In this document: in pieces, positions 1 through 11,230 of the stretch
How the letters are laid out: each line of letters starts with the position of its first letter
Numbering within the stretch: the stretch's first letter is position 1
Source: Podarcis pityusensis
Taxonomy: Eukaryota
Length of the DNA stretch: 64,000 nucleotides
Reading direction: 5' to 3' (one strand)
Assembly (NCBI GenBank): GCA_964106645.2
Contig: OZ067043.1
Translations under genes and position numbers: made by a program
Notes under the pieces: model-generated
Databases searched by the model: none
Seen by the model: the letters and a program-made list of their open reading frames with translations, nothing else
Told to the model about the DNA's origin: nothing

Positions 1-147
1 GCATATTCCAGCCAGGCAAAAACACTCAAGGAGAGGGCAAAGCAGGTTCAGTGGGGGTATGGGGTGTGTGACTAGGAAGAGTCCGGGGAGCCAGGCAGGA
101 AAGCTTAAAGGGCCACATTAGGCCCTGGGACTGAGCTTCCCCCAACC

Positions 148-487
148 GGCGCTGTGGGTTAAACCACAGAGCCTAGGACTTGCCGATCAGAAGGTCGGTG
201 GTTCGAATCCCTGCGACGGGGTGAGCTCCCATTGCTTGGTCCCTGCTCCTGCCAACTAGCAGTTCGAAAGCATGTCAAAGTGCAAGTAGATAAATAGGTA
301 CTGCTCCAGCGGGAAGGTAAACGGCATTTCCGTGTGCTGCTCTGGTTCGCCAGAAGCGGCTTCGTCATGCTGGCCACGTGACCCGGAAGCTGTACGCCGG
401 CTCCCTTGGCCAATAAAGCGAGATGAGCGCCGCAACCCCAGAGTCAGCCACGACTGGACCTAATGGTCAGGGGTCCCTTTACCTTTA
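148..487 (+). mobile_element. Sauria SINE, near full length
   Basis: tRNA-like head (GGCGCTGTGG...GGTTCGAATCCC), Sauria body, CCTTTACCTTTA tail. Near-identical to the copy at 7200-7440. Confidence 0.9.
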
Positions 488-578
488 GGCATGGTTAGGA
501 TTGCGCTGTAACTTTCATTGCAAAGCTAATACTAGATGGCCCAATAGATGGGCCCCATTACATAGAAATTGTGCCTAC

Positions 579-735
579 CTCACAGAGTCGGCTTCTTCAG
601 ACTCTGTCGACAGCATGACAGTTGGCATGTCAAATAACCAAATTGTTTCTGTCTCCGTAAGGAAAATATCCACACGCTTTTCCAGGTCTCGCTTTGTCAG
701 TGGCTCTGGCACTGCTTCTCGCCTGACCTGAACAT
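579..735 (-). CDS. DNAI4: DNAI4/WDR78 coding exon 5 (DVQVRREAVPEPLTKRDLEKRVDIFLTETETIWLFDMPTVMLSTESEEADSV)
   Basis: Conserved LTETET..FD.PTVM.S.ESEEA motif. cag acceptor, AG|gtaggc donor, 157 nt, phase 1->2. Gene continues beyond the window. Confidence 0.95.
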
Positions 736-775
736 CTGCCAAATTAGAAAACCATGTGAATTAATTAAATAATGT

Positions 776-1035
776 CAAACCTTCCGATACAAAGCGGCCC
801 CAAACCAGGATGCCATCTTTTCATGACCGTACTCTCCTGGGAGTCGTGTGAGATCACCCCCTCAAAAAAACAGTTTTTTTCAGGACAGCGATCTTATGCT
901 GTGCCCCAAAATGTGTGTTTTGGGGTGCCATGCCCCCCAAAAGTGCAGCCCGTAATCACTGGCCATTGGGGCCAGTGTCCTCTCACAAGAAAAAACAGGA
1001 TGTCCCTTTTTTTTCTGGGGCAGTTGACGGGTTTG
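776..1035. mobile_element. Probable decayed non-autonomous DNA transposon (hAT-like MITE)
   Basis: Imperfect terminal inverted repeats CAAACC.../...GGGTTTG and an internal repeated AAAACAGGA motif. Confidence 0.4.
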
Positions 1036-1507
1036 TAATGTTTTGTGCTAAATAATTAAGAAATCATATGTAAACATTACAAGGGTTGTCTTTACTATAA
1101 GATACACTACTATAAGAGACAGCGTGTTGGCCCAGTAGAGCCTACCTATATGGTGCAAAGGATGCACAGGTGTTGCCAACTCACGTTTTCCCATGCTTTA
1201 AGTAAATTTTGTTCAGTGAAATGTGACATCGCCACATCCATTCCCCTGCCCTCTGCAAGCAGTAGCCATGAAATGGAGCAGGGACAGAGAACAGTAAAAG
1301 CAATGGCAATATACCATTCTTTTACCAGATGTTACTAGGGACAAAAGCAGAAGAGATGTGGGTCAGTAGCAGCCATGCATCCCCGTAACATGTGGTTGGC
1401 CCTGAATATTTACTGACTTTGAGCATTTTGGAATGTCACGTGACATCCTAAATGTGATACCACATGAGAAAATTCCAGTGTATTGCATTTGTATAAGTTT
1501 ACTCTAC

Positions 1508-1614
1508 CTATAAAACTAGCAAGCGCTTCATGTCTGGTTCCAGGTTCTATAATTTCTTCTGCCAATGATTCAGTAGAAGTAGTAGACTTTGTAATACTGC
1601 TACTACCATAAGTT
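1508..1614 (-). CDS. DNAI4: DNAI4/WDR78 coding exon 4 (TYGSSSITKSTTSTESLAEEIIEP...ASFI)
   Basis: Resembles recalled human 'GSSTVSKSSVSASESIAEDLEEP'. cag acceptor, G|gtagag donor, 107 nt, phase 2->1. Confidence 0.92.
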
Positions 1615-1956
1615 CTGTAGTTTGTGGGGGGAAAGAGGAAGTTAGTAGTGGAAGTAAAATAACAAAGAATGCCAAAGCACTTATAACAGGAATATGAGGT
1701 GCCAACCAATAAAATCCCACAGCAGTTTAATTGCCACAGAGTATTTATTTCGGATGAAGAACCACTAGGCTGCAGAAGTGTTTGAGCTCCATCAGACATA
1801 GAAAAGGCATATGGTACTACCTCTGAATTTAAGTACATGCACAACTTAAATATCCACTGATACCCTATCCCAGCCTCAGCTATTTGTCCCAGGAAGGAAG
1901 CATCTGTTAGGGACAATAGGAACTTCCCTCTCTGGGCTAATGGCAGACTTGGAACT

Positions 1957-1957
<1 letters not shown>

Positions 1958-1996
<39 letters not shown>
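1958..1996. repeat. (GT)n microsatellite
   Basis: Direct reading. Confidence 0.98.
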
Positions 1997-2002
<6 letters not shown>

Positions 2003-2085
2003 TGAATGGAGCCAGTGTCTCCAGTGCAGGAGGGAAATAACCCAGGATGGTCTTTGAGTATGTGAATCAGGATGCTCTATGAATA

Positions 2086-2382
2086 CAGGCATACCTTGGA
2101 GATATTGTGGGTTCGATTCCAGACCACCGCAATAAAGCGAGTCACACTTTTTTTGTTTTGTTTTGCAGTGCATATAAAAGTTACGTTTACACTATACAGT
2201 AGCCTATTAAGCCAGGTCCCTCAGCTGCAGGGGGAAAACCCAGCTCCAGCCCTAGCCAGCTCCATTCCCAGTGCCAGAAAAAGGGCAGGGGCAGCAGTGG
2301 AATTTCCTTCCCCATGAAGAGTCTGGGCTGCCTGCAGCTGCACCCATGTCCTTGTAAGGAGCAATAAAATGAGGCATGCCTG
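2086..2382 (-). mobile_element. Tigger1-like (pogo/Tc1-mariner) internally deleted element
   Basis: TA|CAGGCATACCT...AGGCATGCCTG|TA termini with TA TSD. 2086-2210 and 2361-2382 match recalled Tigger1 ends. Confidence 0.8.
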
Positions 2383-3027
2383 TACTGGAGGGAAATGTCA
2401 CAGCTGTGGAACTGATTGGACACTGATTAGGAATGAGCACTGTCTCATCCTTGTGACTCCACGAATAACTGCCAGTTTGCTTGACATGTCTATGATTCCT
2501 GGTTAAGAAGAAGTTAATTCTGGAACTGCTGAATGAACAGGCCTGCCACAAGAGAAGCTTGATATGTTAGGAGAAGGAGGGTGATACACTCAATCAATTA
2601 TCCTTGAACTGCATGATAATGAAACAGAAAAATGGATGGATCCTGCTTGAACTGTAGTTTTCATAATCATATCTAAATCTAACTAGTCATCCTTTTAAAG
2701 GAGACGCCCTTTTGTGCAAAAGTTCATGGCACAAAGCCCCTGTGGCAAGAACAATCCATCCCACATTATTGCAAAGCTGCTGATGTTGGCTTCAGAATTT
2801 GCAGCCTGTTAACATCCACAACTTCTGCTCATACAACTGGAATCGGAGAAACAGCCCACAGGTGCATTAGACAGGCCTATAAAGACCTTTGCCCTTTTAC
2901 CCAGCCAATACAACTAAATTTGCGACAAAAAAAGGCAGTAAGAGAACACCAAATCCCTTTTCTACTCACTTCTGAATATTATGTATTGCTGTTGGAGCCC
3001 AAACAGGTTTGGGATGCCATGTCATAC

Positions 3028-3239
3028 CTGGAGAATGGGCCTGCTAAGCTAATACTTGTCCCAGACGCTTGTTGCAGAGAGAGGGATGACAAGAATTCTG
3101 TTGGCACTGCCCCAGCAAAATCTTGGGTTGATAAGATTTTGCTTGGTCTGTGCATGGGCCCGGGGGTGGGTCCAGCAACACTTGGCTCAGGTTGGTAGAG
3201 TGGACGGGGAGTCACATCTTTTCCTAGGTCATCAAAAAC
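3028..3239 (-). CDS. DNAI4: DNAI4/WDR78 coding exon 3 (VFDDLGKDVTPRPLYQPEP...AGPFSR)
   Basis: The DVTPRPLY motif is characteristic of WDR78. cag acceptor, AG|gtatga donor, 212 nt, phase 0->2. Confidence 0.95.
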
Positions 3240-4488
3240 CTGTGGATATAACAAAGTTACAAGACACACACAAAAAATATGTATGAGCCGATTTTTGTTC
3301 TCATCACAGCTAAAACCAATCGATTTCAAGCTAATTTTTTGAAACTAACAGAACAAATCATTTTGCATATCTATTCAAAAGAAAGTCGCACTGAGCTCAG
3401 CTGGATTTTCTCCCAGGTAAGTGTGCACAAAACTGCAGCCTAACATCTTATCTTATCCTTTTCTGTTCAGAATTAAGTGTCACAGAGGTAAATGGCTATG
3501 GTATTGCAACCTAAAGCTCCCTCCTATGCACATTTGTATGAGACTAAGTCTGGTGGAATGTAATATGACATCCAGGTATTCAGGAGCCTCTGACACTCTT
3601 TTTCCTGTAACCAACTTCTCCTGGATGTCTGTAGCAAACTCTCCTTGATGATTTTCATAAAGTGGATTAAGGCATTTTCATTCCACCGGATCTTTGCATA
3701 TGGTCAGAAGGGGATGGTGTTGTTTTTTAATATGGAAATTTAAAACGTGATTCTATCAATAGAGTATATTGTTGCTTTCTTGTTATTTGAATTGTAGTGG
3801 TATTTTTGCAAGTAGTCTTTCCAGGCTATTGGCAATTTTCTTTGGGGGACGGACCCAAAAAAGTAACTTGAATAGGATTGACTGCATATTATTTGATAAT
3901 AGACTGAGTATGTGGGCCTGTGAAGAGTCTTCATGCCATCACACTTTCATGCGAACACATGTATGTACTCAACTGATATGTGTAATGAGCTCTTTAGCTC
4001 AGAGTCATGATGCGTCATGGAGAAGAAACATTCTTCACTGGCATATGGGAGACTGAGTACTCGGATAGCAGACCAGTACTCAAACAACAGGTCAATGGCC
4101 TGGAAACATAGGGTTGTCTTGAAATAAGTCATACTCAAGAGTAGAGCCATTGAACTAAATGGAGAAAAGTCATGTCCATTGATTTCAGTAAGCCTACTCT
4201 CTTGGGTAGCTGGTTACAACCCATGGTCCATATTGTGCAAAGCACAATATGTAGACATAATTACTCTTACATTATATAGCAAAACACTTTGCTTGATGGT
4301 TTATTACTGGAAACAGTATCAACAGTATCCTTCACATTTTTCCACAAGTCTCTACTCAGAAAATAGCTAGCTTTCGTTATAAGATTGATCTTAACACACA
4401 AAGGTTGTGCAGCAAACGCCTGGCATCGCCAGCATACCCATTTATTTATCAAATGTAGCTGTGTTACTTTTTTATGTTATGCCATTAC

Positions 4489-4675
4489 CTGGATAGGAGG
4501 TTTGCAACTTGCTATGGAGCCCCTTTCGAAAGACTTTCCCTCTGAAGAAATCAGTATGCTCCTGCGAGCCAGTGATCCAACTCTGCTAGCAAGCATCGTG
4601 CTGGTGAAGCTCATTTTCCTACCAGAAGCTGAAGACGATGCTAACTTCTTCACTGTGCTCTGCTCTTTTGAGGTC
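4489..4675 (-). CDS. DNAI4: DNAI4/WDR78 coding exon 2 (TSKEQSTVKKLASS...CKPPIQ)
   Basis: T-rich tract + cag acceptor, 187 nt open, CAG|gtaatg donor. Ends IQ, which joins VFD as in recalled DNAI4 'IQVFD..G.DVTPRPLY'. Confidence 0.85.
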
Positions 4676-5429
4676 CTGCTTTAATAAAAAAAGAAGTGAG
4701 ATTATGTGCCAGAGCAGTAGCTTCAAAATGGAACCATTCTGTCAGTTTTTGTTAGCAGATTTTATTTTATTTCACAATTCACAAAACATTTTGCAGTAAA
4801 TGCTCTCATCCTTTTCAGTAATTGCCACAGAATATTAAGAGATTCAATCTCAGGGATTGTGTCGTCTTACACACTCAGTTTAAGTGTGAGTTTATCACCT
4901 TCCATGAATATCCTTGCAGAAGGGCTGCCTAACTGATCAAGCCTTTAACTATCACAATACTATCATAACTTGTGAATCCACCCTCAAAAGTCATACAGTG
5001 TTTTTAAAAGACCCAAGATTGAGGTGGTTGTGGGCGCTGATATGAGTACTCCAGTTATACAATCAACAAACAGGCAGATACTCAGTGGAGAGAACTGAGA
5101 TTGTATCCGTAGGGAATACAGTAGTATACCACAGAGACCCTGCCTTTCTGGGCACTTGCTACAGCTAGATATTCACAAGGTTTCAGCGCTCTTGTGGGTA
5201 CACTGTTCACCATAGGATCCTTCGAGATCATGCTAATTTGGTGGCTAAGTAGTCAATCAGTTCCTGAATCAAGTGTTCCAAAAGTGATTCTGTAAGTATT
5301 ACGTTGTTTTCATAATGGTCTCACCAGCATTGTAGCCCTGCTTCGCATAGAATAGTAGATATTGTTAATTCTTCTTGATCTTGATATTGTGGTATATAAG
5401 GAAGCTGGATTAACGGTGAGGGTGTGGAG

Positions 5430-5746
5430 ATGGGGTAGGCAACCTAAGGCCCGTGGCCCGGATGTGGCCCAATCGCCTTCTCAATCCGGCCCGTGAACGG
5501 TCCGGGAATCAGTGTGTTTTTACATGAGTAGAATGTGTCCTTTTATTTAAAATGCATCTCTGGGTTATTTGTGGGGCCTGCCTGGTGTTTTTACATGAGT
5601 AGAATATGTGCTTTTATTCAAGATGCATCTCTGGGTTATTTGTGGGGCATAGGAATTTGTTCCCCCCCCCCAAATATAGTCTGGCCCACCACATGGTCTG
5701 AGGGATGGTGTACCAGCCCACAGCTGGAAAAGGTTGCTGACCCCTG
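5430..5746. mobile_element. hAT-family MITE with 8-bp TSD
   Basis: TIR atGGGGTaggCAACCT / AGGTTGctgACCCCtg. TSD GTGTGGAG at 5422-5429 and 5747-5754. Internal ~64-bp duplication (~5515 and ~5585). Confidence 0.88.
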
Positions 5747-7199
5747 GTGTGGAGGCTAGTTTCTTATACCATCTGTTCCACACCTCTATAGTACAACATA
5801 TGAAAGGGTTGGATAAGGACTTCCATATTGACCTAATTTGGGGCAAGAAGGGGATCACAGTTAGGAGGAGAGAAGGGGAATCTCATGCCTCCAGCGTGAC
5901 CCAAGATGTTACTGGGTCTGCTGAAATCATAGGAAAGCTTGGAAACTTTTGCTTCTGTTTTTGACTAACCACAGTTTAGTGTTATGTCCAAACCTGGACA
6001 AACTGTGGTTAGTCTTCATGGTGATTTACCTAATCAGCTTGCTTCAGTAAAACATACATAAGAGTAATGACAGTTGAGGGATCAGATGAAAGGCTAAATT
6101 GCAGATAATTGAAAACCAAAGTGAAATATTCTAGTGTCCTCCTTGTGGCCACACAAGAAGAGGGAGTGGGTGCACAAGCCTAAGGTACATGCATGTAACG
6201 CTAAACTATAGTTTTGCATTACAACTGAACCAGGATAACATTTCAGTAAGGTTGGTACGTATAATGATAGTATCAATATTATGTGGAGGTGGAAAAAAAT
6301 AACTTTGGGCCATCTATACATCCCATAAAAGGATACTGGTTTGAGCTAGGAAGCAGGTATTAAGGCCTGTATGACAACAATAGAATATTTTGACTTGGGG
6401 CTTGGGAAATTCGGTCTAATGAAAAAGGAGGAATGATCAAGGCTTTTGCCAAGAGTTATGTTTTTCTATAATAAGTACTGTAGTATGAAAATCAGTGTAG
6501 TTATATGACCATTACACAGCTTTCCTATACATCATTAGTAACCCCCACTGAGTCTGATGGCAGCAGTTACTCCAAGGTATGTAAGTACAGGGTTGCAGCC
6601 AACCTTTTACCTTATTTGTTTCAAGGTATGGGGTAAAGCCAAAGAAGTAGTTGGTGACTTCTCTAGTTGTGTGACAGAAGGATGCTTGTGGTTCCTAGCA
6701 TATACAATTATCATATAGGATATACTAGTTGCCTTGGCCCAGTTCTCTTGAGGAACCTGCAAGTGCCCAGATGCATTCATCCTCTTACAAGGTGACAAAT
6801 GGAATCAATGCACATGGGGTAAAACTGAAATTCAGAGATCCCTCCCTCATCCCAGCTTCCTGTTGAGAGGGCTAAAGGAGTATGTGTACGGTGGCCATGG
6901 GGTCCTGCTTTATAGAGGACAGTCCTCTCTTCAAAAGGCTGTCCAGTTCGAGGCTGGTTCAAAGATAAAGAAACACAGGAAGGGAGAACAGGAAGGACCT
7001 CAAGGTTTTCCAGCATCAGTGCAGGCGCATGGGTCACTATCTTCCCCACCATGGGAACATTTTCATTTAAATTGTAGCAGTTATTTCTAAGTTTACATCT
7101 ACGCATATAAATCAACATAAACAAATTTCAATAAAATCCATGTCCTCCTTTGTCCATTATGAATGAATAATTTTATATGTGTGTCTGTATATATGCTAC

Positions 7200-7439
7200 T
7201 CCTGCCAATCTAGCAGCTCGAAAGCACATCACAGTGCAAGTACATAAATAGGTACTGCTCCCGCGGGAAGGTAAATGGCGTTTCCGTGTGCTGCTCTGGT
7301 TCGCCAGAAGCGGCTTGGTCATGCTGGCCACATGACCCGGAAGCTGTACGCCGGCTCCCTCAGTCAATAAAGCGAAATGAGTGCCACAACCCCAGAGTCG
7401 GCCACGACTGGACCTAACGGTCAGGGGTCCCTTTACCTT
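7200..7439 (+). mobile_element. 5'-truncated Sauria SINE with 12-bp TSD
   Basis: Aligns to 246-487. TATATATGCTAC at 7188-7199 and 7440-7451. Confidence 0.9.
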
Positions 7440-7489
7440 TATATATGCTACATTTCCTCTTTTTTTGTGCTGCATAAATACCCTAGGTA

Positions 7490-7881
7490 CAGGGTTCGAA
7501 ATTAGCAGGGCGCCAGTCGTATTTTGCACCTAAAAAGTCTCCATTTGCGAACACCTCAAAAAGTCTGGGTGCCTTTTTTTGCACCTGGCTGACACTCAAG
7601 GAGTTTGATCATAAAGATTAGAGTGTTTCGAAAACCGAAGTATGGTACCAATATTTTTATTGTAAACACCAAATTAAACGTATTCAGAATTTCTGCTAAA
7701 AATATGATATTAACCATGTGTCACTTATGTGAATTGCATATGAGTTCATGCTCTTATCAAAATAAGTAAAAAATGTTGCTCCCCCCCCCCACTGGCAACC
7801 AGACATTCTGTTTTGGTGCCCACAACCCAGGTCCCAGAAGCTATTTGGCTCCTAGCTTTTCTATCCCAGTTTCTAACACTG
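7490..7881. mobile_element. hAT-family MITE
   Basis: TIR CAGGGTTCGAAA / TTTCTAACACTG. Flanks CCTAGGTA / CCTAGTTA (8 bp, 1 mismatch). Confidence 0.75.
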
Positions 7882-8024
7882 CCTAGTTATGTGGGAAGGA
7901 TCAGAAAGGCTTAGCTGTTATGTCATCACAAAATGACTAACATTTATTGGTACTTTTCCTGTGAACCCAAACCCATTTTCTCCCTAGACATTGCCACTTG
8001 ACGTGGTAACCCTTTGGTACTTAC

Positions 8025-8089
8025 TTATTGATGATGATGCTCTGTTTCCTGCCCTTGTTGATCAGGTTGCCTGCGGTAGTGTTGGACAT
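8025..8089 (-). CDS. DNAI4: DNAI4/WDR78 probable coding exon 1 (MSNTTAGNLINKGRKQSIIIN+)
   Basis: ATG at 8089 (aaccATG), 65 nt, perfect AA|GTAAGT donor. Phase 2 joins the next exon in frame. Lies just downstream of the X-box promoter. The peptide itself is not recognisably conserved. Confidence 0.7.
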
Positions 8090-8322
8090 GGTTGAGCGTT
8101 GTATCTGCCTTCTGGTGGGACAAAACACTAAAATAAGCAGCAACCACAGTTACCACTATGGAAGAGGATAATGTGGGGAAGGGCTTGGGGTAGGGAGCTC
8201 TGAAAAAATAGGACCAGCTCAGTGCCTGGGCCACTGGGATATCAGTTTAAAATCTGAGACCCCAAAAGAAACATTCACTGCAGCGCCTGTTTCTCTCAAC
8301 AGCTGCTGCTTCAACAAGAAAC

Positions 8323-8417
8323 TGTTTACATGGTTACCATGGCAGCTACCTTTGGAGCATGCAGCCATGTGATTGGCTGCTAGTGAGACAGAGAAGCTAG
8401 ATCAAAAGACAGATTGG
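8323..8417 (-). promoter_or_regulatory. DNAI4 proximal promoter: forkhead site, RFX X-box, two CCAAT boxes
   Basis: TGTTTACA 8323-8330; GTTACCATGGCAGC 8333-8346 (1 mismatch to GTTRCCATGGYAAC); ATTGG at 8372 and 8413. About 240-330 bp upstream of the putative ATG of a motile-cilia gene. Confidence 0.7.
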
Positions 8418-8904
8418 CTCTCTTACATTTGCCTGCAGCCGAGACTTGTTGCTCCTGTGGAGAAATACTAACTGCACCTCCTTGCCCCCTTGTTGCTGCT
8501 GCAAGTGCCAGGGATTATTCTGGAACTGAATCTGCTCAGTTCAAGAAACTTAATTCCCACGGTCAGTGAATGCTGCTGCTGCTTCCTCCTCCCACTGCAC
8601 TTTATATAAGGAAAAATTGCACAATTTGACCCGCTCTTGTCCATTCTTCTTTCCTGCAGTCCTGAGTTGCCATGCAATGCAATGCCATCTACTAGTATTT
8701 CTCCCTCAGTAATGTTAGATTCCTATTGCATCAAAAACTTGACATACCTTAATGTTGAAGCACACGTTTTTGCATGAAGAAAGTACCAGGATATCTCCAG
8801 TTATATCTCTCAGGATATCTCTGGTATCTCCAGTTAAAACGATGATAATCCTGAAAAGGCAGAGGTTTCATGTGTCCTGAGTTCTCATGTCTGGGAGGTG
8901 GGGA

Positions 8905-9560
8905 AGTGACCTGCCCTGGATACAGTTACACTTCCCTGGAACAAGCAGGATTGCAGTTTAGGGGTGCTCCTGAATCCAATACTGCTGGCTGGAGGCTCAA
9001 GCATCCTCGATGACTAGGAATGCCTTCTTTCAGCTGCAGCTGATTGACCAGCTACAACCTCTTTTGGATTTGGCCACTGTACTCCATGCTCTGGTAGCTT
9101 CCAGGCTTGGATTACCCTTGAAAATGATGAAGAAGCTTCAGTTGCTTTAAAATGCAACAGCCAGATCTCTGGCTTGAGTTCTGTTAGATCTCTGTTAGAA
9201 CCCCTGTTTTAAAACAGCTGCACGATTTGCCGGTTCATTTCCATGCCCAATTCAGGGTGGTCACGTTAGTGTTTGAAGCCCACAAATATCTGACAGATTT
9301 AGTTGAGATTCTTGCATTGCATGGAGTTGGGCGAGATGACCCTCGCGGTCCTTTCCAACTTCTGTGATTCCCTTCAGAACCTCTTAAGTGCTAAGATTGG
9401 CTGATGGGACTTTCTTAGTAGTCCCTCTGCCTTCAGAGGTTTCCGGGTGTTGGTCTAGGAGAGGGCATTCTCTGTGGAAGTGCCTAAGTTGTGGAACTGT
9501 CTCCACACAGGTGTGTCCAGCACTTTGAATGCTGAAGACACACCTCTTTGCCCTATGTAG
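8905..9560 (+). mobile_element. Decayed L2-clade LINE 3' fragment, interrupted by a CR1-type tail at ~9308-9370
   Basis: Remnant motifs (SLGVLL, AFFQLQLI, HALVASRL). Similar to 43805-44300. Confidence 0.7.
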
Positions 9561-10999
9561 AAGTAGGTGTTCTTAGTTGCATGTTAAATTGTTTTATATG
9601 CAAATCCAAAAAGATCAGTACTCCATAAAGATACTATGATTGCATGACTAAATGTCACCAAAGTGCATGATAGGAGAAATATGATTGCACTTAAAAGTAC
9701 ATTGTTTTATGGAGCTACATCATACATTTCCAGATGCTTGGCTCGTATTGTCAGCAAGGAAACCCATATATAATGTGGATATCTATACAAGTTTCAGGAA
9801 AGAGAGAGAAAAGGCTTGTAAATTAATGTTTGTTTTTAATGCAGTGAGGGAATCTTGCATGAGATTTGTTTCTAGTACCATCATAAAAATGTATGATTAA
9901 AATTTATTGGTTCTCTATCTTTCCAGTCTGCCTTGAATGGTTTTGACCTAAGTTTCATATCATTTATTATGTTTTGAATCTGATGAAATACCTTGGTAAG
10001 ACTGTTTCATGCCATTCTTTCCATGAGACAGAAAATTCAGTCACTTTTGCAGGAATATATATTTACTAAAAGTAACTTTAGACAGGGCTGCAGTCTGAGT
10101 TGCCTTTTAGAGCACAAACTGCTGGAGGCTGGTTTGATACCTATGTAATAATTTTGTTCAATTACACAATTATAGGCTGAGCATATAATATAAGGATGCA
10201 GAAGGAAACACGCAGGATGGTTCAAGTTCTGATAAACTTAAATCAGCTACAAATATGCAAGGAATTCATCTGCACTTGTAAAGATGGCAGCATTGATGTG
10301 TGTGGTGAACATAGTTAATAGTCATGTGGGTGTTTGGGGTTGGTTGTGGTTTTTTGCATTCACTGCAAAAATTTAGAACACCAGTGTCTGTTCAACAAAT
10401 AGTGTATGCATGAATGAGTGATTGGATCCATACAAATTATTGTTGTCTTACATGACAGGGGTATATCATGCATAAAAATTGTTCGTCAAAATAATGAAAT
10501 TGGCTACAAACACTAAAAAGATATTATTCTGAGTTGAACAATTGGAGGGAAGGCCCTGTTTGGTCGAGATCCAGCCCTGCTAATAGACTACAAAAATAAT
10601 TTCATAGTGCTCAACAAACACCACTGGACATCTATGAACAAATGAAATGCACTCTCCCCCTCTAAAGCACCTCATAAATAATTTGATAATGCACTTACCT
10701 GTTTGAAGTCAGAAAGAGATTGGATAAAGGTGAACTGAGGACTTTCCACCCTGGAGCAAAACATGGATTTGCACCTTCCTGTCTCTCTATTAATGTAGGG
10801 GCATCCATGTGACATCCTCCCCATCCCAGTGGGATCCTGGACTTTCCCTCCCCTTTAAAGGCAAGTTGTTGTTGTTTTATCCTTGCCATTTTGAACTTTA
10901 AGAGGATTGAAAACCCTGCACTAAAAGAGGCAAAGATAAGGTAACACAAAGTTACAAGCAAGTGCTTTGTTTTGCTTCACTTTGGACAAACCCTAGAAC

Positions 11000-11230
11000 A
11001 CAATACAAATAAGATGGAGTTGCTTCTGGTGGGAGGCTGAGCAACCTGCTAGATTCTGGATCTGCCTGCCTTAAATGAGGTCACCCTGAAAAACAAAGTT
11101 GATGGTTTGGGAGTGCTCCTAGAAGATGGTCAGATAGTGGGCATGGTCAGAAGTGTAATGTTAGCTGGTGTGCCAGTTGCACCTTGTTCTGGATAACAAG
11201 GACCCTGCAGTGTGTTTCATACCCTGCCAT
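11000..11230 (+). mobile_element. Decayed L2-clade LINE fragment
   Basis: NKMELLLVGG and GLGVLL remnants, similar to the other L2 pieces. Confidence 0.55.

Noticed and set aside
159-413. Two similar ORFs (159-413 and 7173-7529) suggesting a duplicated gene
   Set aside because: Both are antisense translations of Sauria SINE copies.
8025-8234. ORF-track 69-aa peptide as DNAI4 exon 1
   Set aside because: Wrong frame: it stops across the donor. Only the ATG at 8089 splices in frame to exon 2.
11000-11230. L2 fragment between DNAI4 and MIER1 as a possible orthologue of an L2-like upstream MIER1 exon in human
   Set aside because: L2 fragments are abundant across this window, the fragment has an immediate stop and no convincing splice sites. 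Independent insertion is more likely.
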